Of a DNA stretch of 64,000 bases, positions 23,847-32,781 are shown one piece after another. How positions within the stretch are numbered: position 1 is the first letter of the stretch; each line of letters opens with the position of its first letter. Source of the stretch: Thermoanaerobaculia bacterium. Lineage in GTDB: Bacteria; Acidobacteriota; Thermoanaerobaculia; Multivoradales; Multivoraceae. Location of the stretch: NCBI GenBank assembly GCA_035546295.1, contig DATKBT010000076.1:804-64803 (forward strand), read 5' to 3'. Made by a program: the position numbers and the translations under genes. Below the pieces are notes generated by a model. The model did no database searches and was not told the origin of the DNA. It saw only the letters and a program-made list of their open reading frames with translations.

Positions 23847-25508
23847 CTAGGCCGGCAAGGCGCGCTCGAGGATCGCTTCGAGATCGCTGCCCTCCGGCAA
23901 CGTCCCGAACAAGCGTCCTCCCTCCCCCAGCCGCGCCGCGCAGAAGGCATCGGCGATCGCCGCCGGGGCGAAGCGCACCAGGAGCGACGCCTGCAGCGCC
24001 AACGCCATCCTCTCCACCAGACGCCTCGCCCCCGCCTCGAGGTCGCCGGGGGCCTCGAGCTCCCGCCGCAGCCCGTCGACCTCCCGGTCCAGCCGGGAGT
24101 CGCTCCCGCCCGCGCGTTCGAGCTCGGCGAGCAGAGCCTCTCCGGTCTCCGGCTCGCGCGCGAGCGCCCGCAGCACGTCGAGGCAGACGACGTTGCCCGA
24201 GCCCTCCCAGATGGCGTTGACGGGCGCCTCCCGGTAGAGCCGCGCGAGGTTCGCCTCCTCGACGTAGCCGTTGCCGCCGAGGCACTCCATCGCCTCGCCG
24301 ATCATCTGCGGCGCGCGCTTGCACACCCAGTACTTGCCCACCGCGGTGGCCAGCCGTGCGAACGCGCGCTCCTCACCGGCGCTGGCGGTCTCGCCCGCGC
24401 CGGCGTCGAAGGCCTGAGCGAGCCGCAGCATCAGAGCGGTCGCGGCCTCCGACTCGAGCGCCAGGTCGGCGAGGACTCGCCGCATCAACGGCTGCTCGAC
24501 CAGCCGCCGCCCGAACGCTGCACGGTGGCGCGCATGGTGCATCGCCTGCAGGAGCGCCTGGCGCATCAGCCCGGTGCTGCCGCTCACGCAGTCGAGACGG
24601 GTGTGGTGGACCATCTGAACGATCGTGGGAATGCCCCGATCCTCGGGACCCACCCGGCGGGCCCAGGCCCCGCGGTACTCGATCTCGCTCGACGCGTTCG
24701 AGCGGTTGCCGAGCTTGTCCTTGAGCCGCTCGAGGTGCAGCGCGTTGCGGCTGCCGTCGGGACGCCGGCGCGGCACCAGAAAACAGGTCGGCGGTGCCCC
24801 CTCCCGCGTCTTCGCCAGAGTCAGGAAGGCGTCGGACATCGGCGCCGAGCAGAACCACTTGTGGCCCATCAGCTCGTACTCGTCTCCGCCGATCTTGCGC
24901 GCCCGCGTGGTATTGGCGCGCACGTCGCTGCCCCCCTGCTTCTCGGTCATCGCCATGCCCACGGTCGCCGAGCGCTTGTCGGCGGCCGGCAGCGGGCGGG
25001 GGTCGTACTCGGTCGAGTGCACGCGCGGCTCCCACTCGGCGGCGACCGGGGGCTCGGCGCGTAGCGTGGGCACGCACGCGTAGGTCATGCTGATCGGGCA
25101 GCCGTGCCCCGCCTCGACCTGCGAGAGGATCGAGTGCATGGCGCTGCGCGCCGCCTGAGCGCCCGAGCGCGGCTCGATCCAGGGGAGGGCGTGGACCGCG
25201 TGCGCCATCGAGAGCGACATCAGCTCGTGCCAGGCCGGATGGAACTCGACCTCGTCGATGCGGTGGCCGAACCGGTCGAAGGCGCGCAGCTCGGGCTCGT
25301 GCCGATTGGCCTCGCGCCCGAGACTCATGGCGCGTTGGGTCCCCATGTCCAACGCGTAGCCGCGCACCCGGCCCTCGGCCCAGGCGGCTCCGGCGCGCTC
25401 GAGCCCCTCGCGCAACGCCAGGTCGCACTCGAAGAGATCGAGGTCGCCGAGCGGCGGCGGCTGGTTGGTCACCTGGTGGGTCACCTCGCCGCTCGCGTCG
25501 GTGACCAT
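23847..25508 (-). CDS. acyl-CoA dehydrogenase family protein, AidB-like
   Basis: 553 aa; N-terminus MVTDASGEVTHQVTNQPPPLGDLDLFECDLALREG is typical of AidB; acyl-CoA dehydrogenase middle and C-terminal domains (GMAMTEKQGGSDV, YREAPVNAIWEGSGNV); ATG at 25508 checked. Confidence 0.8.
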   Translation of the reverse strand: MVTDASGEVTHQVTNQPPPLGDLDLFECDLALREGLERAGAAWAEGRVRGYALDMGTQRAMSLGREANRHEPELRAFDRFGHRIDEVEFHPAWHELMSLSMAHAVHALPWIEPRSGAQAARSAMHSILSQVEAGHGCPISMTYACVPTLRAEPPVAAEWEPRVHSTEYDPRPLPAADKRSATVGMAMTEKQGGSDVRANTTRARKIGGDEYELMGHKWFCSAPMSDAFLTLAKTREGAPPTCFLVPRRRPDGSRNALHLERLKDKLGNRSNASSEIEYRGAWARRVGPEDRGIPTIVQMVHHTRLDCVSGSTGLMRQALLQAMHHARHRAAFGRRLVEQPLMRRVLADLALESEAATALMLRLAQAFDAGAGETASAGEERAFARLATAVGKYWVCKRAPQMIGEAMECLGGNGYVEEANLARLYREAPVNAIWEGSGNVVCLDVLRALAREPETGEALLAELERAGGSDSRLDREVDGLRRELEAPGDLEAGARRLVERMALALQASLLVRFAPAAIADAFCAARLGEGGRLFGTLPEGSDLEAILERALPA

Positions 25509-25743
25509 CGCCGCACGTGCTCCCCGCTCGCTTCGCGAGCCGAGCTCGCTGTCGACGCGCACCATGTGGAGGAGTCTAGCCCGGACGACTCACGAGGATC
25601 GTCGCGAGGGCGCGCCATCGCACTCCTGGCCATGCACGACGGGTTCCGGCCGGGACGACGACAGGGCGGCGCCGAAGCGATAGAATCTCCCGATTCCGTC
25701 GACCTGCGAAGCTGACCGAGCCTCGGAAGAGATCTCGAACGCC

Positions 25744-27336
25744 ATGACGTCCAGGGAGGACCTCGAGCGGGAGCTCGCCGAAACACGCGAGCACGTTCGG
25801 ACGCTGCGACGGGCCCTGGCCCGGCGGGGGGATCCGCCCGACACCGAGCTGCGGGGCGGGGTCTCGGTGGGACTCTCCGAGCGAGAGGCCCTGCTCGCCG
25901 ACGCCGAGCGCATCGCCCACCTCGGGAGCTGGGTCTGGAACGTCGGTCCCGACACCGTGTTCTGGTCCAACGAGCTGTTCAGGATCCTGGGCTACCACCC
26001 GGACCGCGACGAGGCTTCGAGCCAGGCGTTCTTCGCTCGCGTGCACCCCGATGACCTCGAGCGAGTCACCGAGACCGCGCAGCGCGGGGTCGAAACGGGC
26101 ATCGCCGAACGGATCCACTACCGCGTCCTGCACCCCGACGGCAGCATCCGACACGTGCAGATGGACGGCGCCATGATCTTCGACCACGACGGCTCGTTGC
26201 GCCGGGCCGTCGGCACCGTCCTCGACGTCACCGAGCAGGTGCGCCTGCAACAGCGTCTCGCCAGCGCCGAGAAGCTGGAGGCGATCGGACGGCTCGCCGG
26301 CGGCGTTGCGCACGATCTCAACAACCTGATGATGGTGGTGTCGGCGATCAGCTCTCAGCTCGAGCGCGAGGCTCCCGCCGCGGCCGGCGAGCTCCAGCAC
26401 GCAGTCGAGGCGGCGAGCCTCCTCACCCAGCGGCTGCTCTCGGTGAGCGGGCGCGCTCAGCTCGAGCCGCAGCCGATGGCCTGCAACGACCTGGTCGCCG
26501 AAGCGCTCGAGAAGATGGTCGTCCTGCTCGGCGATCGGGTGGCGCTGGTGGATGACCTGCAGGCGGAATCGGCCGAGCTCGAGGTCGACTCCCATCAGAT
26601 GGAGCTGGCGTTGCTGAACCTCCTGATCAACGCGCGAGACGCGGTGACGGACGGCGGCACCATCGTCGTGCGGACGCGGCTCCTGGACCAAGACGAGGTC
26701 GAGATCGGCATCGAAGACGACGGCGCGGGAATGAGCGCCGACGTCGAGGCTCGGGCGTTCGAACCGTTCTTCACCACCAAAGGAGAGGGGCGCGGAACCG
26801 GACTCGGGCTGGCCCTGGCGCGCGGCACCGTCGAGCGGCACGGCGGCGCGATCACCCTCGACACGCGACCGGGGTGCGGGACCCGGATCACGATCCGGTT
26901 GCCTTGCCGGCGGTTGGCGAAGTGCGAGGGTGCGAAGTCTGTTCGGGAACAGGAGTCCGCCGCGCGGCTGCGGGTCCTGATCGTGGACGACGAGCCGTTG
27001 GTCCGCGGCGCGCTCCGCCGGCTGCTCGAGGCCGAAGGGCATTCGGTCGAGGAGGCCTCCTGCCCATCGGAGTGCCTGGCGCTCGCCGCGCACCACTCGC
27101 GGTCTCTCGACCTCCTGGTCTGCGACCTGGTGATGCCCGAGATGCTCGGACCGGCTCTGGTCGCCGAGCTCCGCGAGCGGCGCACCTGCCCCGGCCGCGT
27201 CCTCTTCGTCACCGGCTACGGCTCGTCCGCCGAGTCGATGCTGCAGCCGGGCGACGTCGTCCTGGCCAAGCCGTTCCGGCCTCAGGACCTGCGCTCCGCG
27301 ATCGTGGAGACGACGGCGGCGGCGCGGGAGCGATAG
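25744..27336 (+). CDS. cytoplasmic hybrid sensor histidine kinase (PAS - HisKA - HATPase_c - receiver)
   Basis: 530 aa; H-box LAGGVAHDLNNLMMV; N/G boxes LNLLINARDA ... GTGLGLA; receiver LRVLIVDDEPLVRG ... CDLVMPEM; no TM segment. Confidence 0.8.
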   Translation: MTSREDLERELAETREHVRTLRRALARRGDPPDTELRGGVSVGLSEREALLADAERIAHLGSWVWNVGPDTVFWSNELFRILGYHPDRDEASSQAFFARVHPDDLERVTETAQRGVETGIAERIHYRVLHPDGSIRHVQMDGAMIFDHDGSLRRAVGTVLDVTEQVRLQQRLASAEKLEAIGRLAGGVAHDLNNLMMVVSAISSQLEREAPAAAGELQHAVEAASLLTQRLLSVSGRAQLEPQPMACNDLVAEALEKMVVLLGDRVALVDDLQAESAELEVDSHQMELALLNLLINARDAVTDGGTIVVRTRLLDQDEVEIGIEDDGAGMSADVEARAFEPFFTTKGEGRGTGLGLALARGTVERHGGAITLDTRPGCGTRITIRLPCRRLAKCEGAKSVREQESAARLRVLIVDDEPLVRGALRRLLEAEGHSVEEASCPSECLALAAHHSRSLDLLVCDLVMPEMLGPALVAELRERRTCPGRVLFVTGYGSSAESMLQPGDVVLAKPFRPQDLRSAIVETTAAARER

Positions 27337-27712
27337 CGTCGCGCGTCGCGCGTCGCCCGCCGGCCCCGCTCGGTTCCGCATCTCGGCCGCCCCGGCTCGT
27401 GGTCGATCCACGCTGGCAGGCGTCGAGCGCGTGGAACCGGCGCGAGCTCCACGGCGGCCCGAACCCTCGCGGCGGTTCGGATCGTGCCTGCACCGTCGCC
27501 ACGTCGACGAATGGCGGCCGTCTCGACCAGCTCACCCGACCCTCCGCCCTGATCCCGAACCACCGGCCAGCCGCGGTGCGCGGACGATTCGGGCCCCGCT
27601 GTTGCGATCTACACGACTCGCGTAGGCTCCTCTCGACGACGCAGTGGGTATCGTTCTCGACGGATCGTGCTTCACGGAAATCCTCACAGACGCGACCCTA
27701 AGGGGCATCGAA

Positions 27713-28240
27713 ATGCCGACCGACCTCCGCAGGGCCTTCGCCTCGACGTCCGCCGGCTCGCGACGCGGCCTCCTCGCCGTCTCGATCGCCCTGCTGCCGA
27801 TCTCTCCAGCCGCCGCACAGACTGCGCAGGAGCCTCGGGACGCAGGGCGGCCCGCCCAGCTCCTCGCGGTCCGAGACCACCTCGAGTCGCTCGGCTACGA
27901 CGCGTCCTTCGACCGGGACGGCGACGTCGCCGCCGAGCACGAGGAGCACTGGAACTCCTACGTCAAGGAGTACCGTGGCGGGCTTCTGATGCTCGCGCTG
28001 ATCGACGTCGGGGCGACCGAGGACCGGATGAGCGCGTGTCACCGTTGGGCCAACGCGCTGAACTCCGAAGCGCGGCTGGCGCGTTTCTACTTCAACGACA
28101 GACGATCTCTCGTGCTCGAGGCCTGGCTGGGGGGCGAGTACGAGAAGAGCGCCTTCGGCACGTTCGTCGAGGCGTGGCAGGAGGACGGCGCCCTCGTCGG
28201 GCTCTCGCACGAAGCGGCGGATGGCTGTCGCGGGGACTGA
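27713..28240 (+). CDS. secreted hypothetical protein (possibly YbjN-like domain)
   Basis: 175 aa; signal peptide (RRGLLAVSIALLPISPAAAQ); AAGGGG RBS before ATG 27713; family assignment is tentative. Confidence 0.5.
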   Translation: MPTDLRRAFASTSAGSRRGLLAVSIALLPISPAAAQTAQEPRDAGRPAQLLAVRDHLESLGYDASFDRDGDVAAEHEEHWNSYVKEYRGGLLMLALIDVGATEDRMSACHRWANALNSEARLARFYFNDRRSLVLEAWLGGEYEKSAFGTFVEAWQEDGALVGLSHEAADGCRGD

Positions 28241-28298
28241 GGCGGCGGCTGCCCGAGAGCGAGAGCGAAAGAGAGACCGAGAGAGACGAGCGAGCAAG

Positions 28299-29075
28299 AT
28301 GAGCGAGAGCGACGACGATCCTCGCCCCGAGCCCGCCGCCGGGCCCTACACCGACGAGGAGATCGACCGCGAGTTCCTGCGCACCCAGAGGTCGGACGCG
28401 CTGCACGTCATCACCCGGCTGGCGATGCTGACGCTGGTCTTCTGGTTCATGGGGCGCGGAATCCTGGTCCACGATCTGAGCGCCGGGTTCCTGCTGCTGC
28501 CCCTCGCGTTGGAGCTGCTGCTGGTCATGTGGGTCGGCCTCCTGCTGAGCCGGCTGGTGGTCGACTGCGAGCTCTTCGCCGCGACCGCGAAACCGGGTCT
28601 GGTCGTGTTCTGGACGGTGCTGATGTTCGCGATCATCTCCATCGTCCTGGCCGTGGACTCTGGCACCTTCAGCCTGGCCAGGATCGGACCGGGCTGGCTC
28701 TCCGGCTGGCGGACCGTGTTGGAGACCGGGCTGATCTGGGCCCTGGTCGTGGAGGTGTTGGGGCTGGTGCTCGCGACCGTGCCCGAGGTCCGGCGCTGGC
28801 GTCGGGTCGGCGGACCGTTCGTCTGGACCTCCGTCTTCGATGTCGGCGTTCGCTTCGCCGTCGTGCTCCTGATCGGCTTCGTCGCGTTCTTCCTGATGGT
28901 GATCCTGGCCGACGGACCCGGCGAATGGCTGCTCGACGAGCCCCGGCGCACTGCCTGGTTCGTCTGGGGCTTCCTGCTGTGCGTCGAGCTCGGCGGGCTT
29001 GTCCTCGGCGTCAAGATGCACCAGGACCTCAAGCGAAAGGCGCTGGAGCCCGCCCAAGCTCCGGCCGCCGCCTGA
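28299..29075 (+). CDS. polytopic membrane protein, unknown function
   Basis: 258 aa; acidic N-terminus then about 6 hydrophobic helices; start codon embedded in a 60-nt GA-rich purine tract; its TGA overlaps the next ATG (TGATG). Confidence 0.6.
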   Translation: MSESDDDPRPEPAAGPYTDEEIDREFLRTQRSDALHVITRLAMLTLVFWFMGRGILVHDLSAGFLLLPLALELLLVMWVGLLLSRLVVDCELFAATAKPGLVVFWTVLMFAIISIVLAVDSGTFSLARIGPGWLSGWRTVLETGLIWALVVEVLGLVLATVPEVRRWRRVGGPFVWTSVFDVGVRFAVVLLIGFVAFFLMVILADGPGEWLLDEPRRTAWFVWGFLLCVELGGLVLGVKMHQDLKRKALEPAQAPAAA

Positions 29076-29878
29076 TGACGATGCCGGGAGCCACTCGATC
29101 CGACGTTGAGCGAGGCGTCAGGACGCCCGCCTTCGTCGTCGGCATCCTGGTTCCTCTGGCCGCGGCCGCCGCGCTCGCCGGGCAGCCGGACGCCCCCCGC
29201 CGCTCGACCGGCGCCGTTCCGGCGCTCACCCCGGAGGTCCAGACCGCCGAGTGGGCCCAGAGCTGGTGGATGCGACGGCACGAGCAGAAGCTGGCGGATC
29301 TCGCGGCCAGGGCGGAGGTCGAGCTCGTGATGATCGGCGACTCGATCGTCCACGGCTGGGAGGAGGCCGGGCAAGACGTCTGGGAGCAGTACTACGGCGA
29401 CCGCAAGGCCTTCAATCTCGGCTTCGCCGGGGACCGTACCGAGCAGGTCCTCTGGCGGCTCGCGAATGGCGCCGTCGGCGGCATCCAGCCGAAGCTGATC
29501 GTCCTCATGATCGGCACCAACAACACGGGGCATCGCCAGGATCCTCCGGCACAAACGGCAGCCGGGATCCGCTCGATCCTCGACGACCTGCAACGACGCC
29601 TGCCGTCGGCCCGGATCCTGCTGCTCGCGATCTTCCCGCGAGAGGCGAACGCCAGCCAGGAGCTGCGCAGGCTCAACGACGAGGTGAACCGGGAGATCGC
29701 GCGCTACGAGGACGGCGAGAGGATCTTCTTCCTGGACCTGAACGACGCCTTCCTGGACGCCGACGGCACGCTCTCGGAGGAGATCATGCCCGACCTGCTG
29801 CACCCCAACGAACGGGGTTATCGGCTCTGGGCGGAGGCAATGGAGCCGACGATCCAGCGTCTGCTCGGCGAACGCTAG
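29075..29878 (+). CDS. SGNH/GDSL hydrolase family protein (secreted)
   Basis: 267 aa; signal peptide; block I VMIGDSIVHGW (GDS), block III LMIGTNN, block V LHPNERGY (DxxH-like); translationally coupled to the upstream membrane protein. Confidence 0.75.
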   Translation: MTMPGATRSDVERGVRTPAFVVGILVPLAAAAALAGQPDAPRRSTGAVPALTPEVQTAEWAQSWWMRRHEQKLADLAARAEVELVMIGDSIVHGWEEAGQDVWEQYYGDRKAFNLGFAGDRTEQVLWRLANGAVGGIQPKLIVLMIGTNNTGHRQDPPAQTAAGIRSILDDLQRRLPSARILLLAIFPREANASQELRRLNDEVNREIARYEDGERIFFLDLNDAFLDADGTLSEEIMPDLLHPNERGYRLWAEAMEPTIQRLLGER

Positions 29879-29944
29879 GCTTCCACGGAATCGGGTGCGG
29901 CTGGTCCAGGTGGTCGCGAACCTCCGCGGCGCGCCGGAGCGGCT

Positions 29945-31042
29945 TCAGTACCGCAGGAGCGCTGCCACGTTGCCGGCCCGCACCAGCCCCTCGATCGGGT
30001 CGACGAAGTCGACCGAAGCGCCCGTGAGCTGTGCCTGCTCGACCAGCTTCTCGACCAGGTCGAGCCGGAACAGGCTGTCGCCGTTCGTCTCGCAGTAGCG
30101 GCAGGCGTCCAGCTCGCCGGGCATCACGTTGTCGCACTCGCGGCAGTGGACGCCCGGCAGCGTGACGTCGCGGATCACGGCGATCGTCTCGACCCTGCCG
30201 TCCTGCAGCGCGGACCAGACCTCCTCGCCGCCGATCGCGGCCAGATCGTGCGCCAAGGCGTCGCCACAGATGCGCGTCCAGAGGTCGGCCTCCTCCTGCC
30301 GCTCCCGCTCGAAGAAGAGGCGGAACGCCTCCTCCATCAGCTGCTCCTCACCCTCCTTCACGCTCACCTGCTCCTCGCCCACCACCTTCTCGGCGACGCT
30401 CGAGGGCAGTTGCTCCCGGATCTCCCGCAGCGCTTCGGCCGAGCCGAGGAGTACCACGCGCGAGAACTCGACCTCCTTCTCGAGCCTGGCGAGCGCCTCC
30501 CCCACCTCCTTGGCGTAGTGGAGCAGCTCGTTGTCGCGACGGCGCTGATAGCGCTTCTGCGACCAGCCGCCGACCTTGACCCGGTTCTTCACGTCGGCGC
30601 GCACCGAGTCCTCTTCGCGCGGGGTGCCGTCGGCGACCAGGAAGACGCGCGCCCCGCTGTTGTCGGCGGCCACGACCACGAAGGTCTCGTATTCTTCCTG
30701 GAGCTCCGCGAGCGGGCGAATGTAGGGGCAGTCCCCCACCCGCACCAGATCGGGCGGCGACACGTCCAGGGGATACCCCTCGAAGAAGTCGAGGGCGTAC
30801 GAGGCGAACACCGCGAGCCCTTCGGAGTCGAAGGTGTGCGATTCCAGGGAGCGTTCGATGAGCGCGAGGCTCTGCTCGAAATTCTCGAGCTCCTCGGGCC
30901 GGTCGCGGAGGAAGTTGCGCACGCGCTCGGCCCGATCGTCGATCTTGCACATCGACTCGGGGCTCGAGAGGTAGAGGCTGACGAAGGCGCGTTCGGGGCA
31001 CTGGCGCTCGGCGAGCTTGCGCAGATCGATCTTCTGGAGCAA
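29945..31042 (-). CDS. bacterial eRF1/Pelota-like protein (baeRF family) with C-terminal zinc ribbon
   Basis: 365 aa; N-terminal LLQKIDLRKLAERQCPERAFVSLYL, central eRF1-domain-like region, C-terminal CRECDNVMPGELDACRYCE (CxxC ... CxxC); proposed TTG start at 31042 with AGGAG 5 nt upstream; the further upstream ORF extension is Arg-rich noise. Confidence 0.65.
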   Translation of the reverse strand: MLQKIDLRKLAERQCPERAFVSLYLSSPESMCKIDDRAERVRNFLRDRPEELENFEQSLALIERSLESHTFDSEGLAVFASYALDFFEGYPLDVSPPDLVRVGDCPYIRPLAELQEEYETFVVVAADNSGARVFLVADGTPREEDSVRADVKNRVKVGGWSQKRYQRRRDNELLHYAKEVGEALARLEKEVEFSRVVLLGSAEALREIREQLPSSVAEKVVGEEQVSVKEGEEQLMEEAFRLFFERERQEEADLWTRICGDALAHDLAAIGGEEVWSALQDGRVETIAVIRDVTLPGVHCRECDNVMPGELDACRYCETNGDSLFRLDLVEKLVEQAQLTGASVDFVDPIEGLVRAGNVAALLRY

Positions 31043-31282
31043 GGGAACTCCTGGTTCGGGCGAACGTGGTCGGGAGATCGAGACGGAGCCGGCAGCGCGG
31101 CCACACCGGCGACCGACGAGGAAGCAAGCCGCACGCCAACCCGCCGTGCGCGGCGGCTTCCGCGCGCCGTCCGTGGAGCCGGCGGGGTCGGGCAACCCGC
31201 CCGCGGCCTCCGACTCGCGCCTCGCCCGCGGCGCTCGTTGGAGAGTGGTGACCACCACGAGCCCGCTACGTCTCGAAGGCTC

Positions 31283-32134
31283 TCAGAACTGCATCATCTC
31301 GCTGGCCGCGATCTTCCATCGCTTGCGGCTCACCCGCTCTGCGACCATTTCGGTGGTCGCAGCATCCTCGCCTTCGCCGAAGCGGACGACGAGGGTGGCG
31401 CGGTCCTTGCCGTCCGCGCGCACTTCGGTGACGGCGGCAGTGCGCGGCATCTGGGCGATGGCCCAGTCGACGAAGAGGCCAAGCGCCTTCTGGTCGCCAG
31501 CCATCTCGGTTTTCCAGGATGTCAGGAGCTCGCCGTTCATCGAGTCCTCGAGCGCCTGCCAGTCGCAGCCGGCGAGCGCCTCGTAGAAGGTGCGAAACGC
31601 GTCGAGCGGTCCTCCCGGCTCGCCCGACACCGTGACCGGGCCGAGGTCCGTGCAGGGGTCGAACCTCTGGGCGTCGACCTGGAGATCGAAGGAGACGGTG
31701 TGACCCTCGATCTCGGTAGCAACCATCGAGATCCGCCCGACGGCTCGACTCTCGTCCAGGGTCTCCATCTCCACCACCATCGCCTCGGGCTCGAGCTCAC
31801 CCCCGAAATTGGGCGGATAGTGGGAGTGCAGGAGGCGGCTGATCCACTCCCTGGCCGCCTTGCCGGTCTTCGGGTCGAGCGCCAGGAAGAGCCCGGCGCC
31901 CTCCTCCTGAAAGAGCGCGTAGACGGTCTCCGCGTCGGCCGGCGCGGTGGCCACCGTCAGCCACATCTCGCGCACGCCTTCCTCGTAGTGGGCGTGCGAC
32001 AGCGCGAGCTCCTCGCCGTCGATGGTCACCGTGCCGGAGACGGTGCTCGGACCCGCCGCGACGGCGCTCGCAGACAACCAGGCCATCGCGACGACGGTGA
32101 CCGCAGGACCCGCGGGGCGTCGGGGGAATCTCAT
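31283..32134 (-). CDS. secreted hypothetical protein
   Basis: 283 aa; signal peptide MRFPRRPAGPAVTVVAMAWLSASAVAAGP; AAGGAGAG RBS before ATG 32134; acidic, Thr/Glu-rich mature region. Confidence 0.55.
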   Translation of the reverse strand: MRFPRRPAGPAVTVVAMAWLSASAVAAGPSTVSGTVTIDGEELALSHAHYEEGVREMWLTVATAPADAETVYALFQEEGAGLFLALDPKTGKAAREWISRLLHSHYPPNFGGELEPEAMVVEMETLDESRAVGRISMVATEIEGHTVSFDLQVDAQRFDPCTDLGPVTVSGEPGGPLDAFRTFYEALAGCDWQALEDSMNGELLTSWKTEMAGDQKALGLFVDWAIAQMPRTAAVTEVRADGKDRATLVVRFGEGEDAATTEMVAERVSRKRWKIAASEMMQF

Positions 32135-32231
32135 GTCGCTCTCCTTGCCGAGGCCGATGACTGCGGCTCTCGGATCGTTCGTGTCTCTCGGAGGAGCCCA
32201 ACGTGTCGCGGGAGGTTCTGCGCACACCCTA

Positions 32232-32267
32232 CATTGCCTCGGACATTGCCTCGGACATTGCCTCGGC
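32232..32267. repeat. tandem direct repeat, 12-bp unit CATTGCCTCGGA x3
   Basis: cattgcctcgga cattgcctcgga cattgcctcggc read directly; in the divergent intergenic region between the secreted protein (start 32134) and PadR (start 32395). Confidence 0.7.
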
Positions 32268-32394
32268 GACGACCGTTCCACGGGGTCGCCACCTCCGCAC
32301 ACGCGCTGCAACCCGGCCCCGGCGGCGCCGTATACTGTTGTTCCTAGGTATAGAATCAACGGCGTCGAGCACGACGCGTGGACAGGGAGACAGG

Positions 32395-32781
32395 ATGGAG
32401 ATCTTCGAGGAGGGCGAGAGCGAGACGCCGAGCTCGTCCCGCCGCACACAGGTCGACTCGCTGCAGGGCACTCTCGGCGCGATGGTCCTCAAGTCCCTGT
32501 CGCGCGGCCCGCTCCACGGCTACGCCATCGCACGGTGGATCGAGGGGATCGCGGGGGACCAGCTCCTGGTCGAGGAGGGTTCGCTCTACCCCACGCTGCG
32601 CCGGCTCGAGCAGCGGGCCTGGGTGACCTCGCGCTGGGCGGTGTCCGAGACCGGCCGCAAGGTGAAGCTCTACCGGCTGACGACCGACGGCGCGCGTCAG
32701 CTCGACGCCGAGGTGACGCGCTGGCGCAGCTTCGCGGCGGCAGTGAGCCGCGTGCTCGAGGAACCGGGAGGTGCCACGTGA
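32395..32781 (+). CDS. PadR family transcriptional regulator
   Basis: 128 aa; winged-helix signature LKSLSRGPLHGYAIARWIE ... EGSLYPTLRRLEQRAWV; GGGAGACAGG RBS. Confidence 0.85.
   Translation: MEIFEEGESETPSSSRRTQVDSLQGTLGAMVLKSLSRGPLHGYAIARWIEGIAGDQLLVEEGSLYPTLRRLEQRAWVTSRWAVSETGRKVKLYRLTTDGARQLDAEVTRWRSFAAAVSRVLEEPGGAT

Noticed and set aside
23494-25428. Long ORFs antisense to or frame-shifted from the AidB-like gene and plus-strand ORFs 23826..25064, 24625..25083
   Set aside because: Shadow frames of the acyl-CoA dehydrogenase gene
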